Positions 1 through 7,978 of a stretch of DNA of 11,224 bases are shown piece by piece; positions within the stretch are counted from its first letter, which is position 1; the number at the start of each line of letters is the position of its first letter. The notes under the pieces were generated by a model, which was given only the letters and a program-made list of their open reading frames with translations, had not been told where the DNA came from and did no database searches. This DNA comes from a virus (lineage: Duplodnaviria > Heunggongvirae > Uroviricota > Caudoviricetes). The position numbers were made by a program, and so were the translations under genes. The stretch lies in IMG/VR virus record IMGVR_UViG_2541047682_000007. The stretch is one strand, 5' to 3'.

Positions 1-97
1 AGTCTTGAGTCTTGAGTCTTGAGTCTTGAGTCTTGAGTCTTGAGTCTTGAGTCTTGAGTCTTGAGTCTTGAGTCTTGAGTCTTGAGTCTTGAGTCTT
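1..97 (-). repeat. Tandem heptanucleotide repeat array (AGTCTTG as written; 5'-AAGACTC-3' on the coding strand), 13 complete copies plus a 6-nt partial copy abutting the window edge
   Basis: Direct reading: perfect 7-bp periodicity from position 1 to 97, ending in ...gagtcttaacat. On the minus strand this reads ATG TTA (AAGACTC)n, encoding RLKTQDS heptads. The array runs into the window edge, so the true copy number is unknown. Confidence 0.95.
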
Positions 98-102
98 AAC
101 AT
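1..102 (-). CDS. neuO: 5' end of polysialic acid O-acetyltransferase NeuO (partial; gene continues beyond window start)
   Basis: ATG at 102..100 (minus) followed by TTA and the AAGACTC repeats. This matches my recollection of the neuO contingency locus of K1 prophage CUS-3 (heptanucleotide VNTR in the 5' coding region). Position immediately downstream of a P22-like endosialidase tailspike fits. Identity rests on the repeat signature only, since the gene body is outside the window. Confidence 0.7.
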   Translation of the reverse strand, partial: MLRLKTQDSRLKTQDSRLKTQDSRLKTQDSRLKT

Positions 103-159
103 ATTAGTATCCTACGTTATTTTACCACTAGTTACTTTTCTTGTCATTAAAAAGCATTT

Positions 160-190
160 AAATTTTTATATTTAATTTCGTTGACGTCAA
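160..190 (-). promoter_or_regulatory. Candidate sigma70-like promoter region for neuO (TTGACG at 190..185 on minus strand inside palindrome TTGACGTCAA; A/T-rich -10 candidates TATAAA/AAAAAT around 170..162)
   Basis: AT-rich intergenic region between the tailspike stop (256) and neuO start (102). Hexamers found by eye; spacing is not ideal (14-17 bp depending on the -10 chosen). Low confidence. Confidence 0.2.
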
Positions 191-255
191 TGTTTTTTGC
201 CAATGTACTTACTTCTTTATGTGATCAGTTCATATTTTTGACGCCAACGAAACAT

Positions 256-3201
256 TTAGTGCTTCCCTTCTATTAAGTCTAACCTAGCTTTTATTCTTTC
301 TATTTCTCTGCGCTGCCATGCTGCCTCGATATAGAATAAGAGATCAGGTCTGACCCCCCATCTAGATCCTGCTGGCGTTATTTCAACGCGCTCAATGATG
401 TCTTCCATTACCATCACTGGATTATCATCCTCATCAACAATGATGCTCCCGTCATTATCAGTCAGCGGCATTTCCCTTTGGCCAGTAATGACGTCATCAT
501 ATACTGCGGGATAATCGTCATAGCAAAGAAAGGCATAGCGGCATGTTGTGCTTTCTTCTTCCATGAGTCCGTGAGAAATAAGAACATCACGAAGTTGCTG
601 CGCGATTACACCATGATGTATCCTCGCCCCTTCTTCCCCCTTTATAGCGACAGCGTTCAGCCATTTATAAGCGATATACCTGACGTCACCCCAGGCATCC
701 AGCAATGTTTCGTCAGGAGAGACCGGCTCTGTCTTTAATGTTCCGTCACTGGTAACCACAGGATTGGAGCCAAGATAAACTATCGAGAACCTGTTTCCCG
801 GACCACCAAGAGCATTTACATTATCAAGATAAGGTTTAACATCTCCGTTCTCAAAAAGATGTTCGAGTGCGTTATATACCGCGCGACGTGGAGTACTGCT
901 TCTGGAACCATGCAACGTTATCATTGCACCATCTGCTGAAGACGTTGTTTCACCGCCGCTAACGATTAATCTCTGAGCGGTAACATCATCAGACGGTACT
1001 TTCTTCGCAATAATGGCGTAATTACCCTCAAGTTTGACTTCCGCGCGAACTTGTCCTGATGTACCTGCATGGACAGTCAGTGACTGGACGGCAACATCAT
1101 CTGTGAAATCAACGGGTACAGGAACCGTCCTCACGCCTGACGTCGACATAAAAGTAGGAAGCGTTCTGTTAGGAGTGGCTCCGTAGACAAAATCCCTTGA
1201 AACAAATTCTTCCTGTTTAATTTTCACCCTGAAACAATACAAATCAGCCGGGTGACCATCGTGAACATAAGGATATTTTCTGTTGTTATCCCCTATGCTC
1301 CATGGGTTTAGAAAGTCTTCCCCACCGAAAATGTAGTACAGCCAGTTGTCTTTGATACAAACTGAACCAACACCAACCGCAGAGTTAACTATTCCGCCCT
1401 GATAAATCTGATCAGTAACATTAACCCACTCTACATTATCCAGACTCCACTCATTGACGTTAACTCTGGTCATAAATGTTCTTGGATAGTTTCCTGCATA
1501 ACGGTTATCAGGTTCTCCTCCTTCCCACTCACCAAATGCGCGCTCACTGCCAAAAATAATCAGCTCATCGCCAACTTTGGCAAAAGGAAGGTTTGAGTGA
1601 TGAACATTATTTGGGAAGCGAAGAGAATTCCATGATGTACCTAAATCAGAGCTTCTGTGCAATGAACTACCGGGTTGAGTACTTAATGTCCCCCTGGTCG
1701 TCAGATACAGAATGCCATCATAATATTTTACACATGGCTCAGATGCATTCGCCTCATATTCTGCAGGTATGCGTCTGCGAACAAAGCTACCAGGAGAACC
1801 GAAAGCATCAGAGAAATAGAGTATCCCAAGCTCGCGTGGACCAATATCACCATTATGGTAGCCAACAGCAAAACTGTTATCGCTAATCGTCGCAAAACTG
1901 TGAATCTCAGTAACAGGAGTGCTTCCGTCAACAAAAGAAGGAATAGTTCCAAGACTGGTTTTTCTCCATGGTGACGAGTGAAATGATGTACCAAAACTCC
2001 AGTATCTACCCTCGTTATTCTGATCCACATCCTGGGTATTTTGCGTCGTAACTGTAAAAGTATTTTTATCAATAACAGTAGTCACCGTCATATTCCCGGT
2101 AACACCTGTAACACCAGAGTTTGAGAAGTTGACAAAATCACCAGCAAATAATCCGTGATCAGTAATGCGAATATAAGCGACTTGCTGATTTGCTGCTTTC
2201 GTTATACCACCATAAACGCGAAGGCTGCGACTCATTGGGCGATCCCACAACTCTGCAACCTGCAGTTTATTTCCGCTCACGGTCCGCGTCTCAATTACAG
2301 CAAAAAGGCGATTTCTGACAACCCCCATACTCATGCAGTGATAGTTAACTGTGGGATAGTTTTCATGTAAATCTGTAAGCCATTCCGGCGTTGTCCAGGT
2401 CTTCCCGTCATCTCCTGAGCGAACCCATGCAACATGGAGGTTATTTACACCATGGCGGTCTCCAGCCATAAAAGGCGCATAGATGACATTGTCATATACA
2501 AACGTTTTATCCTGCGTCCAGGCGTTGTACCACGGTGTATCTGTAATTTTAAATAACTCTCCCTGGATAAAATCTTCAGAAACATAAAAAAGAGGCTGAC
2601 CCGGTATTCTCTCAAATAAAAAACGAGCATTTTTAAATCGACTGACATCTGGAAGAGTTGATACTTTAAAAGTAAGCCCTCGCCCATCTATCTTTTCACC
2701 ACCTGTTGCAACAGAAAGTAATTCTGATAGAGCTGATGTATCATCATGAACACCATCACCAATAGCCCCCCAACCTCTTACATCATAACTGTCTCTCCAT
2801 CTTGCTATCTGAAGTTTTGGGTATTTATTCGCTCCATCTGGGTCTTCTAATTGCTGCCGTAGTTGATCAGGATCATACTTCAGCACATTCTGGAAATAGA
2901 ACTGCTGTACGCCATACGCATCGTACACAGCCATAGAATGGCCTTGCACAGTTACGAACTTGGCAATCCGTCCGTTATATACAGGGTAACCAGCAGCGTT
3001 AATGATGATTGGTTGCGAAACAGGAACGTGAGAGCCGTCTTCGTTCTCTACATAAACCTGAATCCGGTTTTCAGGATTTACCGGGTCAGTGTCAATTTTA
3101 CCGATATAAATTTTGCCATTGGCTACGGCTTTAAAAGAACGCGCCATAGTGAAGAGTTGCGAAGGCATCGATACAATCACATTGGCTGTAATGTCTGTCA
3201 T
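256..3201 (-). CDS. Tailspike protein: P22-type head-binding N-terminal domain fused to an endo-N-acetylneuraminidase (endosialidase) domain with a C-terminal intramolecular chaperone (S74-type) domain
   Basis: 981-aa ORF. N-terminus [13 protein letters not shown]...[21 protein letters not shown]...[15 protein letters not shown]...LKYDPDQ closely parallels the P22 gp9 head-binding domain as I remember it. Central region carries sialidase Asp-box motifs ([16 protein letters not shown]). The C-terminal ~150 aa resemble the auto-cleaving chaperone domain of K1-phage endosialidases. RBS GGAG 8-9 nt upstream of ATG at 3201. Confidence 0.9.
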   Translation of the reverse strand: MTDITANVIVSMPSQLFTMARSFKAVANGKIYIGKIDTDPVNPENRIQVYVENEDGSHVPVSQPIIINAAGYPVYNGRIAKFVTVQGHSMAVYDAYGVQQFYFQNVLKYDPDQLRQQLEDPDGANKYPKLQIARWRDSYDVRGWGAIGDGVHDDTSALSELLSVATGGEKIDGRGLTFKVSTLPDVSRFKNARFLFERIPGQPLFYVSEDFIQGELFKITDTPWYNAWTQDKTFVYDNVIYAPFMAGDRHGVNNLHVAWVRSGDDGKTWTTPEWLTDLHENYPTVNYHCMSMGVVRNRLFAVIETRTVSGNKLQVAELWDRPMSRSLRVYGGITKAANQQVAYIRITDHGLFAGDFVNFSNSGVTGVTGNMTVTTVIDKNTFTVTTQNTQDVDQNNEGRYWSFGTSFHSSPWRKTSLGTIPSFVDGSTPVTEIHSFATISDNSFAVGYHNGDIGPRELGILYFSDAFGSPGSFVRRRIPAEYEANASEPCVKYYDGILYLTTRGTLSTQPGSSLHRSSDLGTSWNSLRFPNNVHHSNLPFAKVGDELIIFGSERAFGEWEGGEPDNRYAGNYPRTFMTRVNVNEWSLDNVEWVNVTDQIYQGGIVNSAVGVGSVCIKDNWLYYIFGGEDFLNPWSIGDNNRKYPYVHDGHPADLYCFRVKIKQEEFVSRDFVYGATPNRTLPTFMSTSGVRTVPVPVDFTDDVAVQSLTVHAGTSGQVRAEVKLEGNYAIIAKKVPSDDVTAQRLIVSGGETTSSADGAMITLHGSRSSTPRRAVYNALEHLFENGDVKPYLDNVNALGGPGNRFSIVYLGSNPVVTSDGTLKTEPVSPDETLLDAWGDVRYIAYKWLNAVAIKGEEGARIHHGVIAQQLRDVLISHGLMEEESTTCRYAFLCYDDYPAVYDDVITGQREMPLTDNDGSIIVDEDDNPVMVMEDIIERVEITPAGSRWGVRPDLLFYIEAAWQRREIERIKARLDLIEGKH

Positions 3202-3259
3202 TTAATTTGCTCCAGATGCAAAGAATCGCCGCAGCATGGCCACGGTGAATTTTGGGCAT

Positions 3260-3282
3260 AAAAAAACCCAGCCGAAGCTGGG
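3260..3282 (-). terminator. Rho-independent terminator between ant and the tailspike gene
   Basis: On the minus strand: stem CCCAGC, loop TTCG, stem GCTGGG, followed by TTTTTTT (plus-strand 3267-3282 cccagccgaagctggg preceded by an A-run). Confidence 0.6.
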
Positions 3283-3301
3283 TCGTTGCGTTGGTTATCT
3301 G

Positions 3302-4204
3302 TCAGTAATTATGTACTGAAGGAGGTAATTCTTTATTCTTAAGTCTCATCCATGCGGAAAGATTCGTTGGTCCGTCTGGCTCATTGATATCAACATCTCG
3401 TGTGTGATTGATTAAAACGTCTCTCGCCATATCGATAATACGGGAGAACTCATAACCGCAGTCATGACATCTGCCGGAATAGTTCGATTGAATTTGTTTT
3501 AGCGCCGGATACAGTTCGCGGAATAATGCCTGTGAGCGGTTGGCATAATCCCATAGCCATACAAGGCTGTTTGCTTCTTTTGCAGAAAGCTCGTTGGTTT
3601 TCTTCTCTTGTTTGCCGATGAACTCACCTTCAAGCACTACCCTGTGGATGTACTCTACTGCTTGTGGTATCTGAGATGCATCAAGCTCTTCAATACTTTC
3701 CACATTGAAACGCTGATGAATCATTGCATAAGCTTCTGGGTACATTAGATGCTTTTTGCTGACTAGCATATTTACAGCATCACGAAGCGGAGTCCTGTCA
3801 TCAACAGATGTTTTCTTCCGTGCATTTGCTGCCTCTCCCTTTGTCCAGTAGTCATGCAGCACAGTAAAGCATTCTTCCTGGTACTGAATCAGTTTATCGC
3901 GGATGTCAGCACGAACTTTCTCAGGGTTGATGCTGAACAGCCATCCATTTAACTTCTTCAAAGGAAGGCAGAGTAGCTTACGAAGCTTACCATCAGCGGC
4001 AACCATGTTCATATGAACACAGTTGAATTTGCTAATCTGCTTCATGAGTTTTGTTTGCTGCGTTGACCAGCTCATTCCGAGGTTTTCAACGATTGGCTTC
4101 ATCGCAACATATGCAACTCCGGCAGCCATGGCGGTGATAATTTGCTGACCGTTGAATGGCACGTAAGAGGTGTTCACTGCTTCTAAAATTGCTATACTAT
4201 TCAT
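3302..4204 (-). CDS. ant: Antirepressor Ant (P22 immI-type, 300 aa)
   Basis: ORF-track ORF 3302..4270 contains an internal ATG at 4204 preceded by GGAG with a 10-nt spacer. From that start the product is 300 aa, the length I recall for P22 Ant, beginning [21 protein letters not shown]. The longer 322-aa reading begins with GTG at 4270 and lacks a good RBS. Position between arc and the tailspike matches P22 immI. Confidence 0.8.
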   Translation of the reverse strand: MNSIAILEAVNTSYVPFNGQQIITAMAAGVAYVAMKPIVENLGMSWSTQQTKLMKQISKFNCVHMNMVAADGKLRKLLCLPLKKLNGWLFSINPEKVRADIRDKLIQYQEECFTVLHDYWTKGEAANARKKTSVDDRTPLRDAVNMLVSKKHLMYPEAYAMIHQRFNVESIEELDASQIPQAVEYIHRVVLEGEFIGKQEKKTNELSAKEANSLVWLWDYANRSQALFRELYPALKQIQSNYSGRCHDCGYEFSRIIDMARDVLINHTRDVDINEPDGPTNLSAWMRLKNKELPPSVHNY

Positions 4205-4285
4205 GTTGGTTTTTCTCCACGGATTTACCGACAACCGAAGCCCTGACTGTTCCAGCAGTTGGGGCTTCACTGTTTTGATTTCTTT
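4205..4285 (+). ncRNA. Candidate Sar-like antisense RNA opposite the ant ribosome-binding site and start
   Basis: Plus-strand extended -10 element TGcTATACT (4190-4198) would put a start near 4205, directly opposite the ant start codon. Plus-strand hairpin GAAGCCC..ACTG-ttccag-CAGT..GGGCTTC (4237-4268) is followed by a T-rich tract ACTGTTTTGATTTCTTT (4269-4285). This is analogous to the P22 sar RNA. Inference only. Confidence 0.3.
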
Positions 4286-4436
4286 GCCGCATCAAGCATC
4301 ACTTCTGAAAACGTGCGCTTGCCACTGAATACTCTTTCTCTTCTCAATTTTTCGTTCGTGCCAAATGATTCGCCATGAACAAAATTTGGTCTTAAAATGG
4401 TAATCGCAATCTCTTTGACTACTGCATCCAAGCGAA

Positions 4437-4589
4437 TCACACCGTTACCCCCTCTCTCTTCAGGCTGTCTATCAGGCGCTTGATAACCTCTGAGTTAAAC
4501 GACCTGCACTCTTCCTTTGCCCTGCTACCGATAGCATCCTTTAACGACTGCGGCATCCTTACCAAAATCTTACTTATTTCTTTCTCCAT
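4437..4589 (-). CDS. arc: Arc repressor (ribbon-helix-helix, 50 aa)
   Basis: ATG at 4589 preceded by GGAGG with a 5-nt spacer. Product MEKEISKILVRMPQSLKDAIGSRAKEECRSFNSEVIKRLIDSLKREGVTV shows the P22 Arc pattern (MP-F/Q..., GRS-NSE). The longer track ORF begins with TTG. Divergent from mnt, upstream of ant. Confidence 0.8.
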   Translation of the reverse strand: MEKEISKILVRMPQSLKDAIGSRAKEECRSFNSEVIKRLIDSLKREGVTV

Positions 4590-4703
4590 GTTACCCTCCA
4601 CGCAAACAACTCTTTTCGAATACAAAAGATAGCAAAGTGAGTATATCTAGTCAAAATTTTTTTGCATACACTTTGCTATCAAATTGAATACCAAAGGTGT
4701 TAT
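4590..4703. promoter_or_regulatory. Divergent Pant/Pmnt control region containing a 13-bp perfect inverted repeat (aGATAGCAAAGTG 4627-4639 / CACTTTGCTATCt 4669-4681; 29-bp spacer)
   Basis: Intergenic region between divergently oriented arc and mnt. The inverted repeat was read directly. Minus-strand TTGACT (4654..4649) with TATCTT (4631..4626) 17 bp downstream is a plausible Pant. Exact hexamers are uncertain. Confidence 0.5.
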
Positions 4704-4952
4704 ATGGCAAAGGGTGTGTCAATTTCTCCAACTACGGTAAGAATCCCTGAATCTTTACGCGAGGCTCTTGCTGTCAGAGCATCAAAAAATGGTCGCTCTG
4801 TTAACTCCGAGATCGTCATGATTTTGCAAGCCGCGATTGATGAAGATAGGTCGCCAAAGTCAGTTGAGTCATTTGCTCAGCAAGAAGCTGATAAATTCAA
4901 AGAGGCGCTACTTGAGACGCTAAAGACCATGTATGCTAAGGATGAAAAATAA
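4704..4952 (+). CDS. mnt: Mnt repressor (ribbon-helix-helix, 82 aa)
   Basis: ATG at 4704 with AAGGTG 4 nt upstream. Product MAKGVSISPTTVRIPESLREALAVRASKNGRSVNSEI...ALLETLKTMYAKDEK parallels P22 Mnt (82-83 aa; ANGRSMNSE...TLKDLYKK). The track ORF is 5'-extended by an implausible upstream start. Confidence 0.85.
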   Translation: MAKGVSISPTTVRIPESLREALAVRASKNGRSVNSEIVMILQAAIDEDRSPKSVESFAQQEADKFKEALLETLKTMYAKDEK

Positions 4953-5488
4953 TGCTGCACACAATTCATTTCTTATGCCCTGTTAACACTGCCACTGTTG
5001 GGCAACTTCAGAACCACTGTCTCACCGCATTATCTCAAGGCGCAACTGAATTAAATATCCATATATCAAGTCAGGGAGGGGAAACTGCTGCTGGCTTTAC
5101 TGCGTATAACTTTCTTAAGTCACTCCCTGTTACCGTTAGAACTCACAACATAAGCAATGTTGAATCCATAGCTAATATCGTTTTCCTGGCTGGCTCAGAA
5201 CGTTTCGCAAACCCATTATCAAGATTCCTGTTACATCCTCTATTATGGTGCTTTGCCTCCCCAGCCGCCGACCATGCCAGATTGAGAGAGTACGGGAAAT
5301 GCCTCGATAACGATCTTGATCGCTTCGTTGAGACGTTCAATATCGACATCGGAACCCATATTAGGTGGGCATCCCTGATAGCAGACTCGACCATTTTGGA
5401 TGCTAACAAGGCTCTTGAGCATGGCATAATTAATTCCATAAAAACTGCAAGGCTGGCATCCAATCAGGCAAACTGGTGGGTTGTTTGA
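4952..5488 (+). CDS. ClpP-like (peptidase S14 / ClpP-crotonase fold) serine peptidase homolog, 178 aa, translationally coupled to mnt
   Basis: Start ATG overlaps the mnt stop (TAATG at 4950-4954). By-eye alignment to E. coli ClpP: ISSQGG vs INSPGG; NVESIANIVFLAG vs GQAASMGAFLLTAG (catalytic Ser aligned); RFANPLSRFLLHP vs RFCLPNSRVMIHQP (catalytic His aligned); LDNDLDRF vs ERDTERDRF (catalytic Asp aligned). Followed by a terminator hairpin. Confidence 0.7.
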   Translation: MLHTIHFLCPVNTATVGQLQNHCLTALSQGATELNIHISSQGGETAAGFTAYNFLKSLPVTVRTHNISNVESIANIVFLAGSERFANPLSRFLLHPLLWCFASPAADHARLREYGKCLDNDLDRFVETFNIDIGTHIRWASLIADSTILDANKALEHGIINSIKTARLASNQANWWVV

Positions 5489-5513
5489 TGGGTAAATCAT
5501 GATTACTCCTTAT

Positions 5514-5538
5514 AAAAAACCCACCTGACGGTGGGTTT
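5514..5538 (+). terminator. Hairpin terminator downstream of the ClpP-like gene (possibly bidirectional)
   Basis: aaaaaaCCCACC-tgac-GGTGGGttt. The GC stem is flanked by an A-run upstream and T's downstream, so on the minus strand it reads as stem plus TTTTTT. The plus-strand T-tract is short (3 T). Confidence 0.5.
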
Positions 5539-5767
5539 AGTCAAACATAGTGTTTCTAAAGTCTCTCGCATACCCTGCTAACACTCTCATTCTATTATGA
5601 TTGTTAGCAGACATGTGAGCTACAGGATGAAAAAGAGCAATCAATGAATACCTGTTCTCATCAAAAAGATTTTGTGCATAAACGAGAGCGGTATTTGAAG
5701 TGGTTTACTGAATTTGGCCACCTGAACAGAGGTGATATGCTCACCTCAGAACAACACAGGTGCCATA

Positions 5768-6915
<1,148 letters not shown>

Positions 6916-7112
6916 CTCGGTGGCCAGTTTTTGTTGACCACTTCAATGCAACAGTTCGCTATTGCAGGGGCGGCATCGGTTCGCCCTTTCAACCCGATTT
7001 TATCGGTACAGCATTCACGAAAAAACATTTTAACCGGAGCAGACTTTAAACAACCAAGAATGAAAAGCTTGCTCGAAAAGCTTTGGGATATTTTGAAACA
7101 ACAAGGCCGTCC

Positions 7113-7271
7113 ATGAGTTTTACGGATAACTGGTCAGACGAAGAATTCATTCGTCAGATAAAAGAATTAATCGGTAACGAAGGAGATATTCATGTCACTT
7201 GCAACCACAGTGAAGGAGAGCAAGTTACAGAGACGCATGTACACGCAGAAAGCTCTCTGGTATCGCCATAA
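7113..7271 (+). CDS. Hypothetical small protein (52 aa) in the early-left operon upstream of erf
   Basis: ATG at 7113 with AAGG about 7 nt upstream; acidic product MSFTDNWSDEEFIRQIKELIGNEGD.... Overlaps an alternative 56-codon ORF (7192..7362) in another frame, so both cannot be fully correct. Confidence 0.3.
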   Translation: MSFTDNWSDEEFIRQIKELIGNEGDIHVTCNHSEGEQVTETHVHAESSLVSP

Positions 7272-7362
7272 TGGTGACCGCGAAGGAATGCGGGTATGCC
7301 TTAATTTGTCCCGAGTCGAAGTATTAAATCAGCGTTATTTCCTTGGGCCGTGTCCATTCTGA
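7192..7362 (+). CDS. Hypothetical small basic protein (56 aa) immediately upstream of erf (position of arf/kil in P22)
   Basis: ATG at 7192 preceded by AGGAG with a 6-nt spacer. Product MSLATTVKESKLQRRMYTQKALWYRHNGDREGMRVCLNLSRVEVLNQRYFLGPCPF. Stop is 10 nt before the erf start. Below the ORF-track length cutoff, found by manual translation. Confidence 0.3.
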   Translation: MSLATTVKESKLQRRMYTQKALWYRHNGDREGMRVCLNLSRVEVLNQRYFLGPCPF

Positions 7363-7372
7363 GAGCAATCAT

Positions 7373-7978
7373 ATGAGCAAAGAATTTTACGCAAGACTGG
7401 CAGCTATTCAGGAGAATCTGAACGCGCCAAAGAATCAGTACAACTCATTCGGCAAATATAAATACAGAAGCTGCGAAGATATTCTTGAAGGCGTTAAGCC
7501 GTTACTGAACGGTCTGTTTTTATCAATCAGCGATGAAGTTGTGTTGATTGGTGATCGGTATTACGTGAAAGCCACGGCAACTATTACCGATGGCGAAAAC
7601 AGTCATACGGCAACCGCTCTTGCACGAGAGGAAGAAAGCAAGAAAGGAATGGATTCTGCACAAGTTACGGGAGCTACAAGCTCTTATGCACGCAAGTATT
7701 GCCTCAATGGTTTGTTCGGCATTGATGATGCGAAAGATGCAGATACAGACGAGCATAAACATCAGCAGAACGCAGCAGCAAAGCAATCAAAACCATCACT
7801 TACACCTGAACAGGTTCTAAAAGCATTCACTGACGCAGCAATGCAGAAAAACACCGTAGAAGAGCTTAAACAGGCGTTCGCCAAAGCGTGGAAGATGCTC
7901 GAAGGGACGCCGGAGCAGCACAAAGCGCAGGACGTTTACAACATCAGACGAGACGAATTAGAAGGGGCAACTGCTTAA
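7373..7978 (+). CDS. erf: Erf (essential recombination function) single-strand annealing recombinase
   Basis: Product from ATG 7373: MSKEFYARLAAIQENLNAPKNQYNSFGKYKYRSCEDILEGVKPLLNGLFLSISDEVVLIGDRYYVKATATITDGENSH... is near-identical in its N-terminal ~130 aa to my recollection of P22 Erf. The track ORF is extended upstream from a TTG. Confidence 0.9.
   Translation: MSKEFYARLAAIQENLNAPKNQYNSFGKYKYRSCEDILEGVKPLLNGLFLSISDEVVLIGDRYYVKATATITDGENSHTATALAREEESKKGMDSAQVTGATSSYARKYCLNGLFGIDDAKDADTDEHKHQQNAAAKQSKPSLTPEQVLKAFTDAAMQKNTVEELKQAFAKAWKMLEGTPEQHKAQDVYNIRRDELEGATA

Noticed and set aside
1-97. Short tandem repeat array considered as a possible CRISPR or satellite repeat
   Set aside because: A 7-bp unit with no spacers; it is in frame immediately after an ATG on the minus strand and encodes heptad repeats, so it is a coding VNTR rather than CRISPR.
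478-3261. Plus-strand ORFs inside the tailspike gene (478..738, 1593..1886, 2155..2370, 2863..3261) and minus-strand alternate-frame ORFs (1728..2072, 2445..2687)
   Set aside because: All lie within the 981-aa tailspike ORF, which has clear homology-like motifs; they have low-complexity or odd composition and no RBS context.
3302-4270. Extended 322-aa Ant starting at GTG 4270, and TTG/GTG-extended starts for arc (4625), mnt (4662), IS911 orfA (5732), erf (7343), the 8758 ORF and 7083
   Set aside because: Each extension uses a non-ATG start without a good RBS, whereas an internal ATG with a good SD gives a product whose N-terminus matches the expected protein family.
4267-4440. 57-codon ATG-less ORF between arc and ant with GTGA overlaps at both ends
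   Set aside because: No ATG start; the apparent RBS is a by-product of arc codons; the region is better explained as the ant leader plus the sar-like antisense RNA template. Kept as a caveat in the findings.
5143-5500. Minus-strand ORFs 5143..5463 and 5243..5500 antisense to the ClpP-like gene
   Set aside because: They overlap a plus-strand ORF with coherent ClpP-like motifs and translational coupling to mnt; no independent support.
5489-5516. Tiny 9-codon ORF (atgattactccttataaaaaacccacctga) after the ClpP-like gene
   Set aside because: Too short and it overlaps the terminator stem; most likely incidental.
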